This document shows positions 27,223 through 40,216 of a DNA stretch of 64,000 bases, in pieces (the stretch's first letter is position 1; each line of letters begins with the position of its first letter). Source of the stretch: Trichoplax adhaerens (taxonomy: Eukaryota; Animalia; Placozoa); contig NW_002060948.1 of the NCBI RefSeq assembly GCF_000150275.1, forward strand, positions 4,696,336 to 4,760,335. Direction: 5' to 3'. The translations under genes and the position numbers were made by a program. The notes beneath the pieces were generated by a model that saw only the letters and a list, made by a program, of their open reading frames with translations, was not told the DNA's origin and made no database searches.

Positions 27223-27739
27223 ATGTTTTCCGCTATATCAAGGGTTAAAGGTAGGCATTTAGGAAGCTGCGTTCGCAATCATAAAGTAATGATCTAAGCA
27301 TTTCATTGAATACGACGTTAACTCTGGTACTGTATTTCTTTCTTGTTTATCAGGAACTCTGCAGTTATTAAACGATGCCACACTTTCCTTTGCTCGTGGT
27401 AACATATTAAGAAATTTTTCCTCCAGCTCAATGATGTGTAATAAATGGATGCGACGTGATAAGAAGAGACGAGCCCTATTCGATAAGTTTGAAGGTGAAA
27501 GATTAAGATGGAAAACTATCGCAAAATCTGCTATTTTACCAAAGGAAATTACTAACTATGCCAAAGAAGTATTACATAACAAGTTTCCTCGGGACTCTAG
27601 CATTACCAGGATTCGCAACAGATGCAACCTTACTGGAAGACCTCGCGGACTTGTTAGACAGTACGGTATTTCGAGGATTAAGTTTCGCGAGCTTGCAGAT
27701 TCTGGCAAATTAGCCGGTGTGACCAGATCGTCGTGGTGA
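27223..27739 (+). CDS. MRPS14: Mitochondrial ribosomal protein S14 (uS14m), 2 exons
   Basis: Exon 1 27223-27250 ([10 protein letters not shown]|gtagg) joins exon 2 27354-27739 in frame. uS14 signature [21 protein letters not shown]...[23 protein letters not shown]; presequence-like N-terminus. Confidence 0.93.
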
Positions 27740-28613
27740 ATTCTTAATGGTCTGTCTACTGGAGGCTAAATTAGAATTTCTTACTAAATGTAAATTGTAT
27801 CTATGATTGCATACTGACGATAGAACTATGAAATTATAATTGATCCAAATGACGAACACATACTATATAGTTTAGGATGGTTAAGGGTGAGCAACACATG
27901 ATGTACATACAGTACAGTATGGAGTTAATATCCGACTTATTTTAGTGCTAGTTATTTATTTCGTAATGTCGTATAACACAAAGCTATTTTGAAGCATTTA
28001 TTTCTGTTCTTCCGCGAGTAATTTCAGTTGCTTTATATCAAGCTGATTATTCGTTTCAGTATTTTAGATGAGCTCATGTGATGGTGAAAAACGTAGATTT
28101 ACCGTTTTTTTAAATTTTTATGAATGTAATGTTACCTAGGCAAACAATATGATTGTACGATGGTGCATCTTTGCCTCTGCATTAGTTTTTGATTGTTGCT
28201 ACCAAATTTTAAAAACTATTAATGTTTATAATTTGGCGGCAATTACTAATAAAAGCGCTTTTCGCCCTTTATACGTATGTTGAATTGTAATATTTTTCAT
28301 ACACATTATGTTCTACTAGAAATGGTCCACGATTGGACGTAGTCGTATACAGTATGTTATATTGCTGTAAGTATATCCAGTGCAAGAATTTCGTATTTGA
28401 TGGAACGCAAATCCGCTATAACGTAGGTATTACGGTAATTTCCTAATACTGTTGCAGCGAAATTGACCGTTTATTCAGCTCATCATGTATTACATTCGGA
28501 AATTTTAATTTCCATAATCGACTAAAAGAAAAGTTTAATTGAAGACTACGACTATTAATCTTTCCTGCAGCAGCCTTAACAATCGTCATACTGCTTTAAA
28601 TTAAAGCGAACGA

Positions 28614-31600
28614 TTAGTGTAGACGTAGTCTATCAATTACATGCTGAATATCACTAATAACTCTATCTATATCGGAAATGCTGGTTTCACGTCCCACGCT
28701 GAGTCTTAGGGCGTTATATGCAATTTCTTTCGGTATACCGATGGAAAGAAGGATCTCGGAGGGACTAAAAATGGAAAGTCAATAACAATATTACTTTCTG
28801 CTATGATTTCATGAAAATACTAGCTCAACATGGCTAGTGCATAGGTGAATCACCCTTTTCTAATTTGAATTAAATCTCATGCTATAAATTCGCCCCTGGT
28901 ATGGCGTGTTATCATATTATTATAGTAAATTACCGATCTTGCGCGTGACAGGCTGCTCCTATACTCGCTACTAAGATCTTTGCATTTGCTAGGATATCCC
29001 AACCTGGTAATGCAAAGGCGTCAAATGAGTTCATAGTTACTGCCGCTTAGCAATTTATTTAATTAAATAATAGGAGGCAACCTTTCAATTCTTTTCCGAT
29101 GAACGAAACATTACAGGTATTGGGTATACGCTGGCTAGTCGGAAATTGGCCGTTAAAATGTACCATTTCGCCGAATTTTTCCTAAATTACGTTGATAAAG
29201 GAGACGTTAATATATACGTACAGTACATAAGTGCAGAAGCTACCTAACTTAGAGGAGGACTTGAATCAATATGAATCAACATTACTCATTATAAATACGT
29301 GATTGCCTTAAGCAATTAAATTAGCAAACCTTCAATCTATCTTCAAGATAGTCCCTTATTTTTGCCATATGAGTAGAGTATAATTCCACATTCTGTGCAA
29401 CCAAGCTAGCGGCCTTTAAGGCAATATCAAGGGTACAGTAAATACAAAAGCGGTATTAATGGAATAAATGATTTACAAGATTTGCTAGTTGTTTCACTGG
29501 ATTACCTTACCAAGGCCCGCAATCATGCCAGTATTTTCAGTTCTAAATAATAATAATGTATAGGAAACCTTAAGAGTCAGCGTTCAATGCATATTCTCAA
29601 ACCTTTGTCTTTAAAAGCTTTCATTCTGCATAATGAATACCCTGATCTCATATTACGCTCTTGACCTCCGCCAAATATCATCGGATAAAGTGGAGTTTCT
29701 TTGGCATCGAGATTTTTGACATATAAAGCACCAATTCTTGGTCCATAAAACTATATAAAAATGTCACTTATATATTTTGCAATGATAGGGAATTTATGCA
29801 TAGTTTTAGAAGTTCTAAGTAATAAGTATCAACTATAGATCACCTTATGCCCAACTATTGTTAAGTAATCGACTCCTAAATCCTTAACTTTTACTGGAAT
29901 TTTACCTAAAGCCTAAGAAAAACGTAAACATATCATCAGCAGGTCGTAAATGAAATTGTATAAATTTACAGCTTGCAAATTTGTATGCGAAGACATTTTA
30001 TTTTGTACCTGAGCTGCATCAGTATGGAAATATATTCGATTATGAAGTTCTCTCACGCAGTTCAGAGCCTTAACAGCTTTAGCTATTTCTGCTATAGGCT
30101 AATTAACCATAAAGTAGTCATTGAAATATTTGTAAATGTTGGTACATTAATAAGCGAGAATTATATGTGATCATTATAGATTTTAATTTCATCGAAATTA
30201 AATATTAACTAAAGCATTAATATTTAGGAATTACTTGGATTATTCCAGTTTCATTGTTTGCAAGCATAATTGAAATCAAACAAGTATTTGGCCTGTGAGT
30301 GAAAATTCATAATTCAATTGATTCTGGTTTTTACGGATAGTGATAATAATAAATCACGCTGCTAATGAATTCAATTGAAAGTAAGCAATCGTGTTACATT
30401 CGATTTCTGAAAATCAATAAGGCAAATCTAACGTATGAAAATGTGCATTACCTAACTAACTGAGTAATGCCATCACATTTTACAGTTCCCCCTGAAGCTT
30501 GAGTAGCATTTACAACTGTGTATTCTATGAGATCAAGAGTAGATATGCCAGTAAAATAACTAAAGAACAGCAAATTTTAATTGCATAAAGCGAATCTATG
30601 ATTTCGCTCTAGAACCTTGGAGTAGTAAAAAAGTAGACGGTTATTTTGAAAAAAAGAATCTGCAATCACGCATTTCTGACTGGACTTTGTGTAAATATAG
30701 AAGAAATGATTATATATTAAATAATTAGTTAATTTCTATTGGCATTATACCGAGGATATTTTCATTTGCTAGTTTTTCCAGTACTAATTTGACAGAGTCA
30801 TGTTCCATATTAGAGGTAATTATATGCGGTAGATCACCAGATTCTTTGCAAAGTCTGGAATAATGTGTAGTAACAGATCTTATAACCATGTTATTGGCCT
30901 AGAATATTGAAAAATAAATTTGCAAGATAATCACTAACATTTACTAAAAAAGAAAGCTATACGTCGATTTGCAGAAACAGTAGCTTACCTCTGTTCCGCC
31001 TGATGTAAAAAGGATATCTAATTTGATCAATATCATAATAATACATAATTTGGTTAGTAAAAATTCTGACACTCGCTTCCATTGGCAAGTTTTAATTCCT
31101 GTAACATTATTATTACATTTAATTTTGTTTATTATCCTGTACCAGATGCATCGTCCAAATTAATCATTCTTGCTACGTTAGTTCTGGCTTCGTCAATAAC
31201 CTTCTTTGCTTTGATGCCTATTTATTTATTAATGAATCGTACCTTAATTATATTTCAGTAAGAATTAATTAACTCAAAGGAAAAGTCTCGTAATTTGGAG
31301 TAAGCAGTGTAGTTCTCAGCAAAGCGACGGGAGTTTGCACTAGTAACTATTATTTGATGTAGGGTGATAATTAATTATACAGTGCATGATTCACAGTACT
31401 GTATCCAGTACGACAGATCAAAGCTGTAAATTAGGAGATCAGGTCTCTCTTCAAGCTTAGCACTGAAAGTTATATTATTTTAGAGTAGGCGCTAGCACCC
31501 CATTTATGGGCAAAATTTTATATGATTACCGTAATGATGGGAACTACTTGGATTCCCCCAACAATCTTTAAGGGCATGATGAATAGCCTCTAATACCTCT

Positions 31601-31893
31601 GGAGCTACAGGTGTTGTTGCGTTGAAGTCAAGGTACACAGTTTGAGGATCTCCAGCAGCACTAAATGATCAACATCAAGACAAAACATTTGCATTGAAAT
31701 TACAGAGTATTGTAGAGTACTGTACATATGCAGCGCTGTTAAAATAGATGCTACTCGTGCTACGTGAGGGCAAACTATAAAAATAATAAGTTGTAAAGTT
31801 TGAATGTATTAATTAAATATTAGTGAAAATCGCATCAATCATCCTAAACAAGTCAAAAATATATTTTGTGCTGTACCCTATGGCGTTCTCCAT
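28614..31893 (-). CDS. SCLY: Selenocysteine lyase (PLP-dependent class V aminotransferase fold), multi-exon
   Basis: Spliced exons give [108 protein letters not shown] (SCLY-type catalytic Cys motif), [11 protein letters not shown]; stop at 28616-28614. Confidence 0.9.
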
Positions 31894-31959
31894 GAGCAAT
31901 CCACTAATCTAGCAGAGTGTACGAGTATCTCGTTGTTTACATCGTCTGTCATTGCTGAA

Positions 31960-32110
31960 CTACAGTACTGTACAGGCAGTCACAGAGTCCTTGTACTGTA
32001 ATCATCCTTACTGTACGTACAGTACTGTACAGTACAGTACAGTACAGTACAAGGCAAGACCTCTCTGTGCACTGTACACGCCGTACTGAAGTGTGTACTG
32101 TAAGTACAAT
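31960..32110. promoter_or_regulatory. (CAGTA)n array in the divergent SCLY/ING promoter
   Basis: GTACAGTACTGTACAGTACAGTACAGTACAGTAC around 32017-32050, between ATGs 31893 (-) and 32291 (+). Confidence 0.7.
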
Positions 32111-32290
32111 ACAGACAGACATACAGACTACTAAAGTATTTTACAGTATTACCCCTTTGGTTCATACAGTACTGCTACATGCACACTGCAAACTGTGTTT
32201 GGTTCGTAGAAGTTTGCTTACGGTTCATAATAAAGCCTGCATCATTATTAACGAGCTCAGAGGGCGCGGAATATCCGCCGAAAACAGAAT

Positions 32291-35200
32291 ATGGCCTCCG
32301 TGCTTTACTTGGAGCACTACTTAGATAGTAAGGATGACTAATATATGTTCTATTGACGTATTATTAATGATGCAGTTCCTTCATGACATCGTCATTCTCT
32401 AGAGATATAAAGTGCAGCATGTAGGCTGCACATCATACACATTAGACACTCAATTTTACTGCCACTGTAAACATGATCGGTCGATATGTAGTTATTTTTA
32501 CTCTGATAAAGTTTAATTTATTATTTATTAATTAACTATTATAGATGCGTGTAGATTTGACATCTCTGTTTAGGGACTTTAATGTGAAACTTCGTGATCA
32601 TTTGATGATAATAGTAAAGTATATCTCTCTCGGTTGTAAGGGGTTATATTGAGTCATAAAACACCTTATTTTCGCTATTCGATGAGGCAGGAACGGTACA
32701 GTTACTGTACACCGCACTGGACAGAACGTAGCATCATGGTAGCATACTATACTCTATGAACTATAGTATTACAGTACATTATTATTTATGGGAAAATTAA
32801 TTAATAGCGTAGAATGGTATCGTAGTGTGCGGTATTTATAACATTTATATCGACATTTTTCTGAACCGCCATAGTTGTTATTACGTTACAATGAGGTTAC
32901 ATTGATTAAAAAAGGGGGCCAGATTGATCTAAAAACCCAATATAAAGTCGTCACATCAGTAAAGTTCCATAGAATTTCTCAAAAAGGTATCTTCCAAACA
33001 GTACCTTATTTGATTGAACTATAGTATCTATCAGGCTTTACTGTCGATTTACTACACAAGTGTACACTGTATGGAGAGTCCGAGAGTCAGCAGGTCTCAG
33101 TTTATGGCAGATAGCCCAGTGCTCTGAAAATGTGCACTTTTAGTGAGTAGTAATTATATATTTTCCCTAAAATTATGATTATATGTAAATGACTGACTTT
33201 CAGGGTCTCGAATTCGCTCAGCAATCAGTGATGACATCACTGATTGCATTCTATACTAAGCACTGTACCGTATTCGTGTATTTAGTCATAGTACAGATTA
33301 ATTAATTATTGTATATAATTATATATGCAATTATCTGTCCAATCAATACTGTAGTTTGGTTACTATAATTAGCTGGAACTTGAAGCAATTTAGGACCCAA
33401 CCCTTTGCTACATTGCTACTTCAATAGCAGAGATTACTATCTCGATCATCGATCATAACCATCAAGCCATAAACGGATATTTTTGAGAGTGACTAGCTTT
33501 TTTTGTACTATTCGATATTGAATGCGTGATGTACTGTAAGTACAATGTACGTATACTGTATGATTAGAGAATTGTAAAATCATACTTCGTATGTGGTAGT
33601 AAAAAATACTGTGAAAATTGAGTAATCAATGTAGGTCATCCTATAATTATTATAGTAATCTTTGACGCGTTGTTGTTTGCTAAATTAATTTTTGTAAGCT
33701 TATGATAGTAATCTTTGACGCGTTGTTGTTTGCTAAATTAATTTTTGTAAGCTTATGTTACGTTATTTGGATATTAGGTGTTCTCTGCGTTAGTACTGTA
33801 AATAAAGCTCAATAAACTCGTGAGGCTTGAGATCAGTAAAATAGAATAATAACACTGTGGTCTACAAGATTCAACAATTGACAGTGCGAAACGTTAATTC
33901 ACTAAAATTTATCTTAATCTACACAGGTTTATGCCTGTACAATGACATGCAAGTCATAAATCCTTAATTGCTCTACGTAGTTTAGATCCTTTTATCATGT
34001 TCCCTTATGCCGATACTGTCTATGTATCTAGGAATTATTCGTAGTAACAACAGTATTATAATGTATTACCGTCATGTCAGCTGTTGCTTTAAGTATAAAA
34101 ACTGCATTTTCTGAATGCGTTTCACCATCCAATTAGCAACCGATATAACTATGAGGTACAGTAGCGTTATTTCGATGTGTAAAAGGTACTACCTTTGAAT
34201 AGATATTTTCTCGGCTATATCCTTCTTGATCAAAGACCAATATCAATATTTAAGTTGCCAGTCTAGGCTAACGTTTGGTATTGGAGTACAAGAATAAATG
34301 ATATTTGAGAAACTTTTAACGCTATTATTTAAGCTATATTTAGTTCTGTGGGTATATTTCGGAACAAGAATCCTAATTATTGCGTATACGTGATTTTTTT
34401 CTTTTCGTTAGGTATAGAAAGTCTGCCTTCTGAATTACAAAGGAATTTCACGTTAATGAAAGAGTTGGATCAAAAAAATCAAGGTAGAGTATTTATGCGG
34501 TGTTATTACCTCGAGATTTTGGTTAGGATAGTTACAGTAGTTAGTAAGCTCTTTGTAACTACTATTCATTATTTCTAAATTTTCGCTTATATCCAAGATA
34601 TAAAAGGAGAAATCGATAAATTAACACAGCAATATGTACAAGAAGTATCTAATTTAAAGAGCGATGAAAGGCAGCAACGATTGGATGATATAAATTGTAC
34701 CTACAAGAAAAGTCATATGATCTGTGATAATAAAGTTCAACTTGCAACTCAGACATATGAAATGGTAGGTTATACTAGTAACCACGGATTCATTTGTACG
34801 CTATTGCAGTATGATGAACAATATTAACTTCAAACTTACCGTGAAAAGTAAATTGATTGTGATGAATTTGTTGAAATACGCTTAAATAGTAGCTCGTTTA
34901 CATTGTACAGGTACAGTATGTAGCAGATTTATTTCAACTTGTGGTATCATGGTTGACTTTAATCTTTCAGTTTTTGTTACTGATTTCGTAATTGCTAAAT
35001 AATGAACGATTTTTCTGATAACTCTTCTCGTAAATTATAGGTTGATAAACATATTCGAAGATTAGATTACGAACTAGCCCGATTTGAAGCTGACTTGAAA
35101 GAAAAAGAACAGGAAATTACAGGTATTAGTGTATAACTAATGGATAGGCGTTTTGATGTACGTTCCTTTTGCTATCTTTTTAATTACTTGTACATACTTC

Positions 35201-36028
35201 TCTGATGAATGATAAAACGACTTAGATTCTCATACAATGGTGGAAAATCAAGACATAAAAAGTAAGTATCATTAATGATAACTCTAGAAGTCTAGGAGTT
35301 GTTTAGATACAGAAATTTTCATTCCTTATAGAAAACCGAAGCCGCTCTACAGGACGGAAAAAGACGAGCAGAAAAAAGTTGAAAACATCAACGTTAGTAA
35401 TGCGGCCAAATACTACTACTTGCGAATATGTAAAGTTAGATTGATTTAGTAATTATAGATGTTGGATGCAATAGGCTTGAAACTATCTCCAGTGCTGCAT
35501 CTGTGATTGCACAATCGCAATCTATATTTAATGCAAGAGCTGTAGATATGCCAGTGGATCCCAATGAACCTACTTATTGTTTATGTCATCAGGTGACTTA
35601 AAACATTAGAATAGAAACTTTTAGGGTTACGTTAATTATGCTGCGTCTTTCAGTAGTCTTGTTACTAAATCCGAGGATTATGCTCTAGGTTTCTTATGGC
35701 GAAATGATTGGATGTGATAACACTGAAGTAAGACACTATTTGTTATGCGTCGATGCTCATAAATCTGACATAACGCTTATTGATCATGCAAATAATTTGT
35801 TTTTTCTAATGACATGTAGTGCCCTATAGAATGGTTTCACTTTCAATGTGTTGGATTAACTACAAAGCCGAAAGGAAAATGGTTTGTTACTTTAGCACAT
35901 ATACCCTTTCTTTACATTTATTGATTACCCAGCTTCAAAATCGTACATCTTTACAAACTTGATTGTTAAATCAAATATGCTTTTACAGGTATTGTCCCAA
36001 ATGCACACAATCAAGAAAGAAGAAATGA
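32291..36028 (+). CDS. ING4/5: Inhibitor of growth protein, ING4/5 class (ING N-terminal domain plus PHD finger), multi-exon
   Basis: Exon 1 32291-32327 [13 protein letters not shown]; then [20 protein letters not shown] (from 34412), [77 protein letters not shown]; TGA 36026-36028. Confidence 0.93.
33221..33247. repeat. Perfect 13-bp inverted repeat with 1-nt spacer in ING intron 1
   Basis: GCAATCAGTGATG-A-CATCACTGATTGC. Confidence 0.85.
33652..33757. repeat. Perfect 53-bp tandem duplication in ING intron 1
   Basis: ATAGTAATCTTTGACGCGTTGTTGTTTGCTAAATTAATTTTTGTAAGCTTATG twice (33652-33704, 33705-33757). Confidence 0.95.
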
Positions 36029-38804
36029 TATGCTTCAGTTATCTAGCCAATGAATGTCTTGTATGGATCAATCCATGTAAAATTTTGATTTCTGCATGTA
36101 TTAAATGAAATTCATTTACTTTGTCAGTTTAATCGGCTTGATGATAATACCACTTAAGTCTAATCTGAACCTCAACTACTAGTTCGCCCGAGAACGCTAA
36201 TCATAAATTTGTGAAATTGTAAATAACTAGTTTCCAGTTTTCACAATCTACTGAGAAAGTAAACCATAGAGGGTTTCCTTCGCCTCTATAGAGAACGCTA
36301 CCACTACGTTATGTTGGTAATAAGGCGATACTTATTTATGCAGTGTTATTTATAAACCTAGATGCAAATTGAATGTTGCGATTGACCAGATCTTTTTTCT
36401 TGATTTCTCTTATCCTGAGTAATAAAATTACGCCTTGTAATATAACTGAGCTCTTGACGTATGTAATTAATCAATCAATATACTTTCGTTTAATTAAGAA
36501 ATAATTGTTAGTGATCTATGCTCATTAGAGTTCGATTATTGAATGGACCACCTGTTAATGAGGTTAGGTCTATTACTACTTAGAATATTCATGTATTACA
36601 TTTATTTTGATCAGTGACTGCATGTTAAATTGATCACCCAATCAATTTATAAGGATTGTACAATACTACTGAACCATGATGGAATGCTTTCATAAATTTA
36701 GCTGTCTAAGTAAAAGAAATTTGATTTTTTTCTTTGTTTGCCACGATTTATAACGTTGTATTATAGTACGGATTAACCTTTGAATTAATCGTTGTTTGTA
36801 ATTGCATGACAACACAATTTGTGTCTAGTAGAGTAGGTACATAGCGTTATACACGCATGGTGGGTAAATTATTGTAGCTTGCTCTCATTTTTAGCAATTT
36901 TACTGATTGGACAATAACGCCGTACTTTGTAAGGTCTTGTACACGTATATGTTTTGCAATCACCTGAGGGGTATAATTGTATAAATTTCCCATCCCTTGT
37001 ATACTTGAATAAAATAAACCGTTTGTACGTTCTAAAAGAATGCGTTATCCATTTTTGAAGTATGTACTTTCATTCCGTTCATATACAGAATGTGAGCAAT
37101 TAACTCCAGGACTATAATTAATATCCTGTAAAACGTGTTATTAGAATTCATCATAGCTTATTTGAAAGCTTTAAATAATTGATCTTTCAAAGGTCATGAA
37201 TGTAATTTTATCTAACTTCTAGTTTATAATTTATACAATACATATACTTTATTGCAAAACAGTACCATAGCCAGATTGATTAGTAGTTCTTGTTTAACGC
37301 GCTTGCCGTTAGCGGTACATATGTTAAGAACAATTTATCAAATAAAGTTTTAGTGCCATCATGAAGTTTAATTACATTCTCCGATGAACAAACCGAGCAC
37401 GAAACTGAATTTACTGATCACGGTAAGATTCAATAAGATGGATAAGAAATACATATGCAGTAGTGTTTGTATTAATTAATCAATTATCGAAATGACGGGA
37501 TCTTCAAGCTTGATAGGTACGAGTATAGCACAATAACCTGATTAATTCAAAGGACTTTAGAGCGATTGATTATACGTACAATAATTATGTGTACAATGCT
37601 ACGTACGCATTTGCATAATACATATACACACATAGTGATGCAAATTCTTCATAAGATAAAATTTTTTTTAGTAAGTTAGCTAGAATGTTTTCAGCGAATA
37701 AAAAATTCTTGCGTATACTGACATTTGAGCCAGTAAATAAAGACAACACTAATACGTGTATATCCAGAACTGATACAGTGCTGTAGTATCATTTGTTTAC
37801 TTATCCCATCTAAATTTTAGTAACATGGTAACCACAAATACGCGTATGATCGATCTTTATTGAGTTCTCTAATACTATTATTCATTCAGTTTTTAATGGT
37901 TAAGTTACCCAAAAATGACGTTTCAGATTTCAATGTGAGTACTTTTGTAGATACAAATATACTCGTGCTCTGAGATGAACGCATACGCATATGAAGAGAA
38001 AGCACACTGACGCATACAACGGAATTCGTTATTCAAGGTTAAAGGAAGATGGCTCTGTAAATATTGTAAATAACAATTATTTCAAGTTATAATCCGTCAG
38101 ACTTGTTTGATGCCACTGTTAGGAAAACCAGGTTTAGAATTTAAAGTGTAACAATAAACCTGTTTTATCTTCAATTGAAAATGTACAAACATCGTCGATT
38201 AGTCGACACAAATTTAGACTACGAAATGCACCATGATTTTACGCTTTACTGATGACTAATACCACTGTCACGTGCAACCCATTAAGAAACTTTTAATTTC
38301 TCTTTTATTTTTTATCTGATGTTAATAATTAATTCTTATTTAATCATCCGAATGATAGATTGAAAGATTGTTGATTCAAATGATATGATAATACACAGTA
38401 TTAGAACACTACTGTTTTGAAAATTCACAATGGAGTTGCATCGACGATTGGCATAGCATCTATTGTATAATTCACAGTCCCACGGTAAAAATAACCTTAT
38501 TCTTATTAGTGCATGTGAGACATTAATTAATACTGAGTTCGAAGGTTTCATCTAGGTTTTATCTCCATCGCTAGTAAATAATTTATCAAATGAGTACCGA
38601 AGCAACTCCGAATAAAATGTGTATGACGTTGATAGAACTTGTGATAAGTACTATTTCAGCAGGCATCATACCACTTCTATCCTATACTAGTAGCGCAGAA
38701 AGCAGACAATCAACTGTAAGTAGAATAAAAAATTATTTTTAATTTTTATTTATTTATTTATTTTAACACCTGTCAGTCTAACTCAGACGGGTCCAGTAGT
38801 AGTG

Positions 38805-38890
38805 AGATAGTACAGTACTGTGCACTGCCAACTACAGTACAATGTACTGTACTTGATAGTATAGCCGTTACTAAGTACTGTACTGCATAC
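38805..38890. repeat. (CAGTA/TACTG)n array upstream of UBIAD1
   Basis: Looser cluster of TACAGTAC and TACTGTAC units about 400 bp before the ATG at 39281. Confidence 0.7.
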
Positions 38891-39280
38891 GATACACTTT
38901 CTAGAAAGGGTACTCGGTATACTTCAGTATAGCACAAAGACGCAGTTTGAAGCATACGGTGCAGTTTAGTATGGAAAAAAATGGACAAGTGAAACAGGTA
39001 AGCCATTGTTCTAATGCTGCTAAAGAAATCATTTATAATTTTCTAACTTTAATAAGGCAAACAGAATAGATTCATAACTGAAAGCCTCGGCATCGTTAAC
39101 GTTATAATTTTTTTCATATTAACACTCCACCATCTCTAGTTGATACACGGCTACTATTAAAGAATATTAAAGTATTACAGCGGCAACACAAATTACATAC
39201 AACTGTTCTCTTGCATTGACAATTTGGCATATCGCCTTGTTAGATCTATAGTCTACAGCAAGCCTGACGTGAATAGCAAC

Positions 39281-40216
39281 ATGGCAGCAACAGCCTCTAC
39301 TTCCAATCAAGTTCGAAATAAGCCATCACAAGCTAAATGGCTCGGATATGTCTTAGCTTTACGCCCTTGGTCATTTGCTGCTTCATTTATACCAGTATTA
39401 CTTGGTTCTGTCCTCTCTTATAATTATAATTACAACTCGACCCAATCTTTTAGTTGGCCAATATTTCTATTGACTGTTATAGTGACGTTGTCGGTACATG
39501 GAGCTGGCAATTTAGTCAATACATATTATGATTTTCATCGTGGTGTTGATTACGATGGTGCAGATGATCGGACATTAATCGATCATTTATTGACCGCTGA
39601 TGAAGTTGTTCGATTTGGTGCCATCTTGTACACAATAGCCTGTTTTGCATTCGCTGTTATTGTTTGCTTTTCACAGGCCAGAATGGAAGTTTTAGCTTTC
39701 GTTTTCTTCGGAGGGCTCTCGGGCTCATTTCAGTATACTGGAGGTTTCGGTTTCAAATATTATGCATTGGGCGATATCATGATCTTTATCAGCTTTGGTC
39801 CAATTGCCGTTTTATTCGCTTTCATTGCCCAAGCTGGTGTTTGTGTTGTTAGAGTTGTATACTATGCTATTCCTTTAGTGCTAATAACAGAAGCTATCTT
39901 GCATAGCAATAACGCTCGTGATCTTGAGTCTGACAAGCGTGCAGGTATAATTACACTTGCTATCATCCTAGGTTACAAACGCTCATACATATTGTACGTT
40001 ATACTACTATTTACACCTTATCTTATCTTCGCTTGTATGGCTATCATTTCGTCGCCATTCTATGCGTTGCCATTAATAACGCTCTACGGCGGATTAAACT
40101 TGGAAAAGCAATTCCGACAAGGAAACCTCAGAAAGTTGCCTGTTGAAACAGCTCGTTTAAATTTGCTATTAGGGATCATGTATGTGCTCAGTTGCTTTCT
40201 AACTGGAGATATTTAA
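39281..40216 (+). CDS. UBIAD1: UbiA prenyltransferase domain-containing protein 1 (menaquinone-4 synthesis), uninterrupted CDS
   Basis: LALRPWSFAAS, HGAGNLVNTYYDF..GVD...DDRTL, EAILHSNNARDLESD..AGIITLA and multiple TM helices. First true ATG is 39281; the ORF-track start 39224 is TTG. Confidence 0.95.
   Translation: MAATASTSNQVRNKPSQAKWLGYVLALRPWSFAASFIPVLLGSVLSYNYNYNSTQSFSWPIFLLTVIVTLSVHGAGNLVNTYYDFHRGVDYDGADDRTLIDHLLTADEVVRFGAILYTIACFAFAVIVCFSQARMEVLAFVFFGGLSGSFQYTGGFGFKYYALGDIMIFISFGPIAVLFAFIAQAGVCVVRVVYYAIPLVLITEAILHSNNARDLESDKRAGIITLAIILGYKRSYILYVILLFTPYLIFACMAIISSPFYALPLITLYGGLNLEKQFRQGNLRKLPVETARLNLLLGIMYVLSCFLTGDI

Noticed and set aside
28614-31893. NFS1 cysteine desulfurase call
   Set aside because: It has GAACH rather than the SSGSACTS motif and lacks a mitochondrial presequence, so SCLY fits better.
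39281-40216. Intronless UBIAD1 as a horizontal transfer or retrocopy
   Set aside because: The sequence is animal UBIAD1-like, the family is intron-poor, and it sits in the expected syntenic context with no poly-A tail or target-site duplication.
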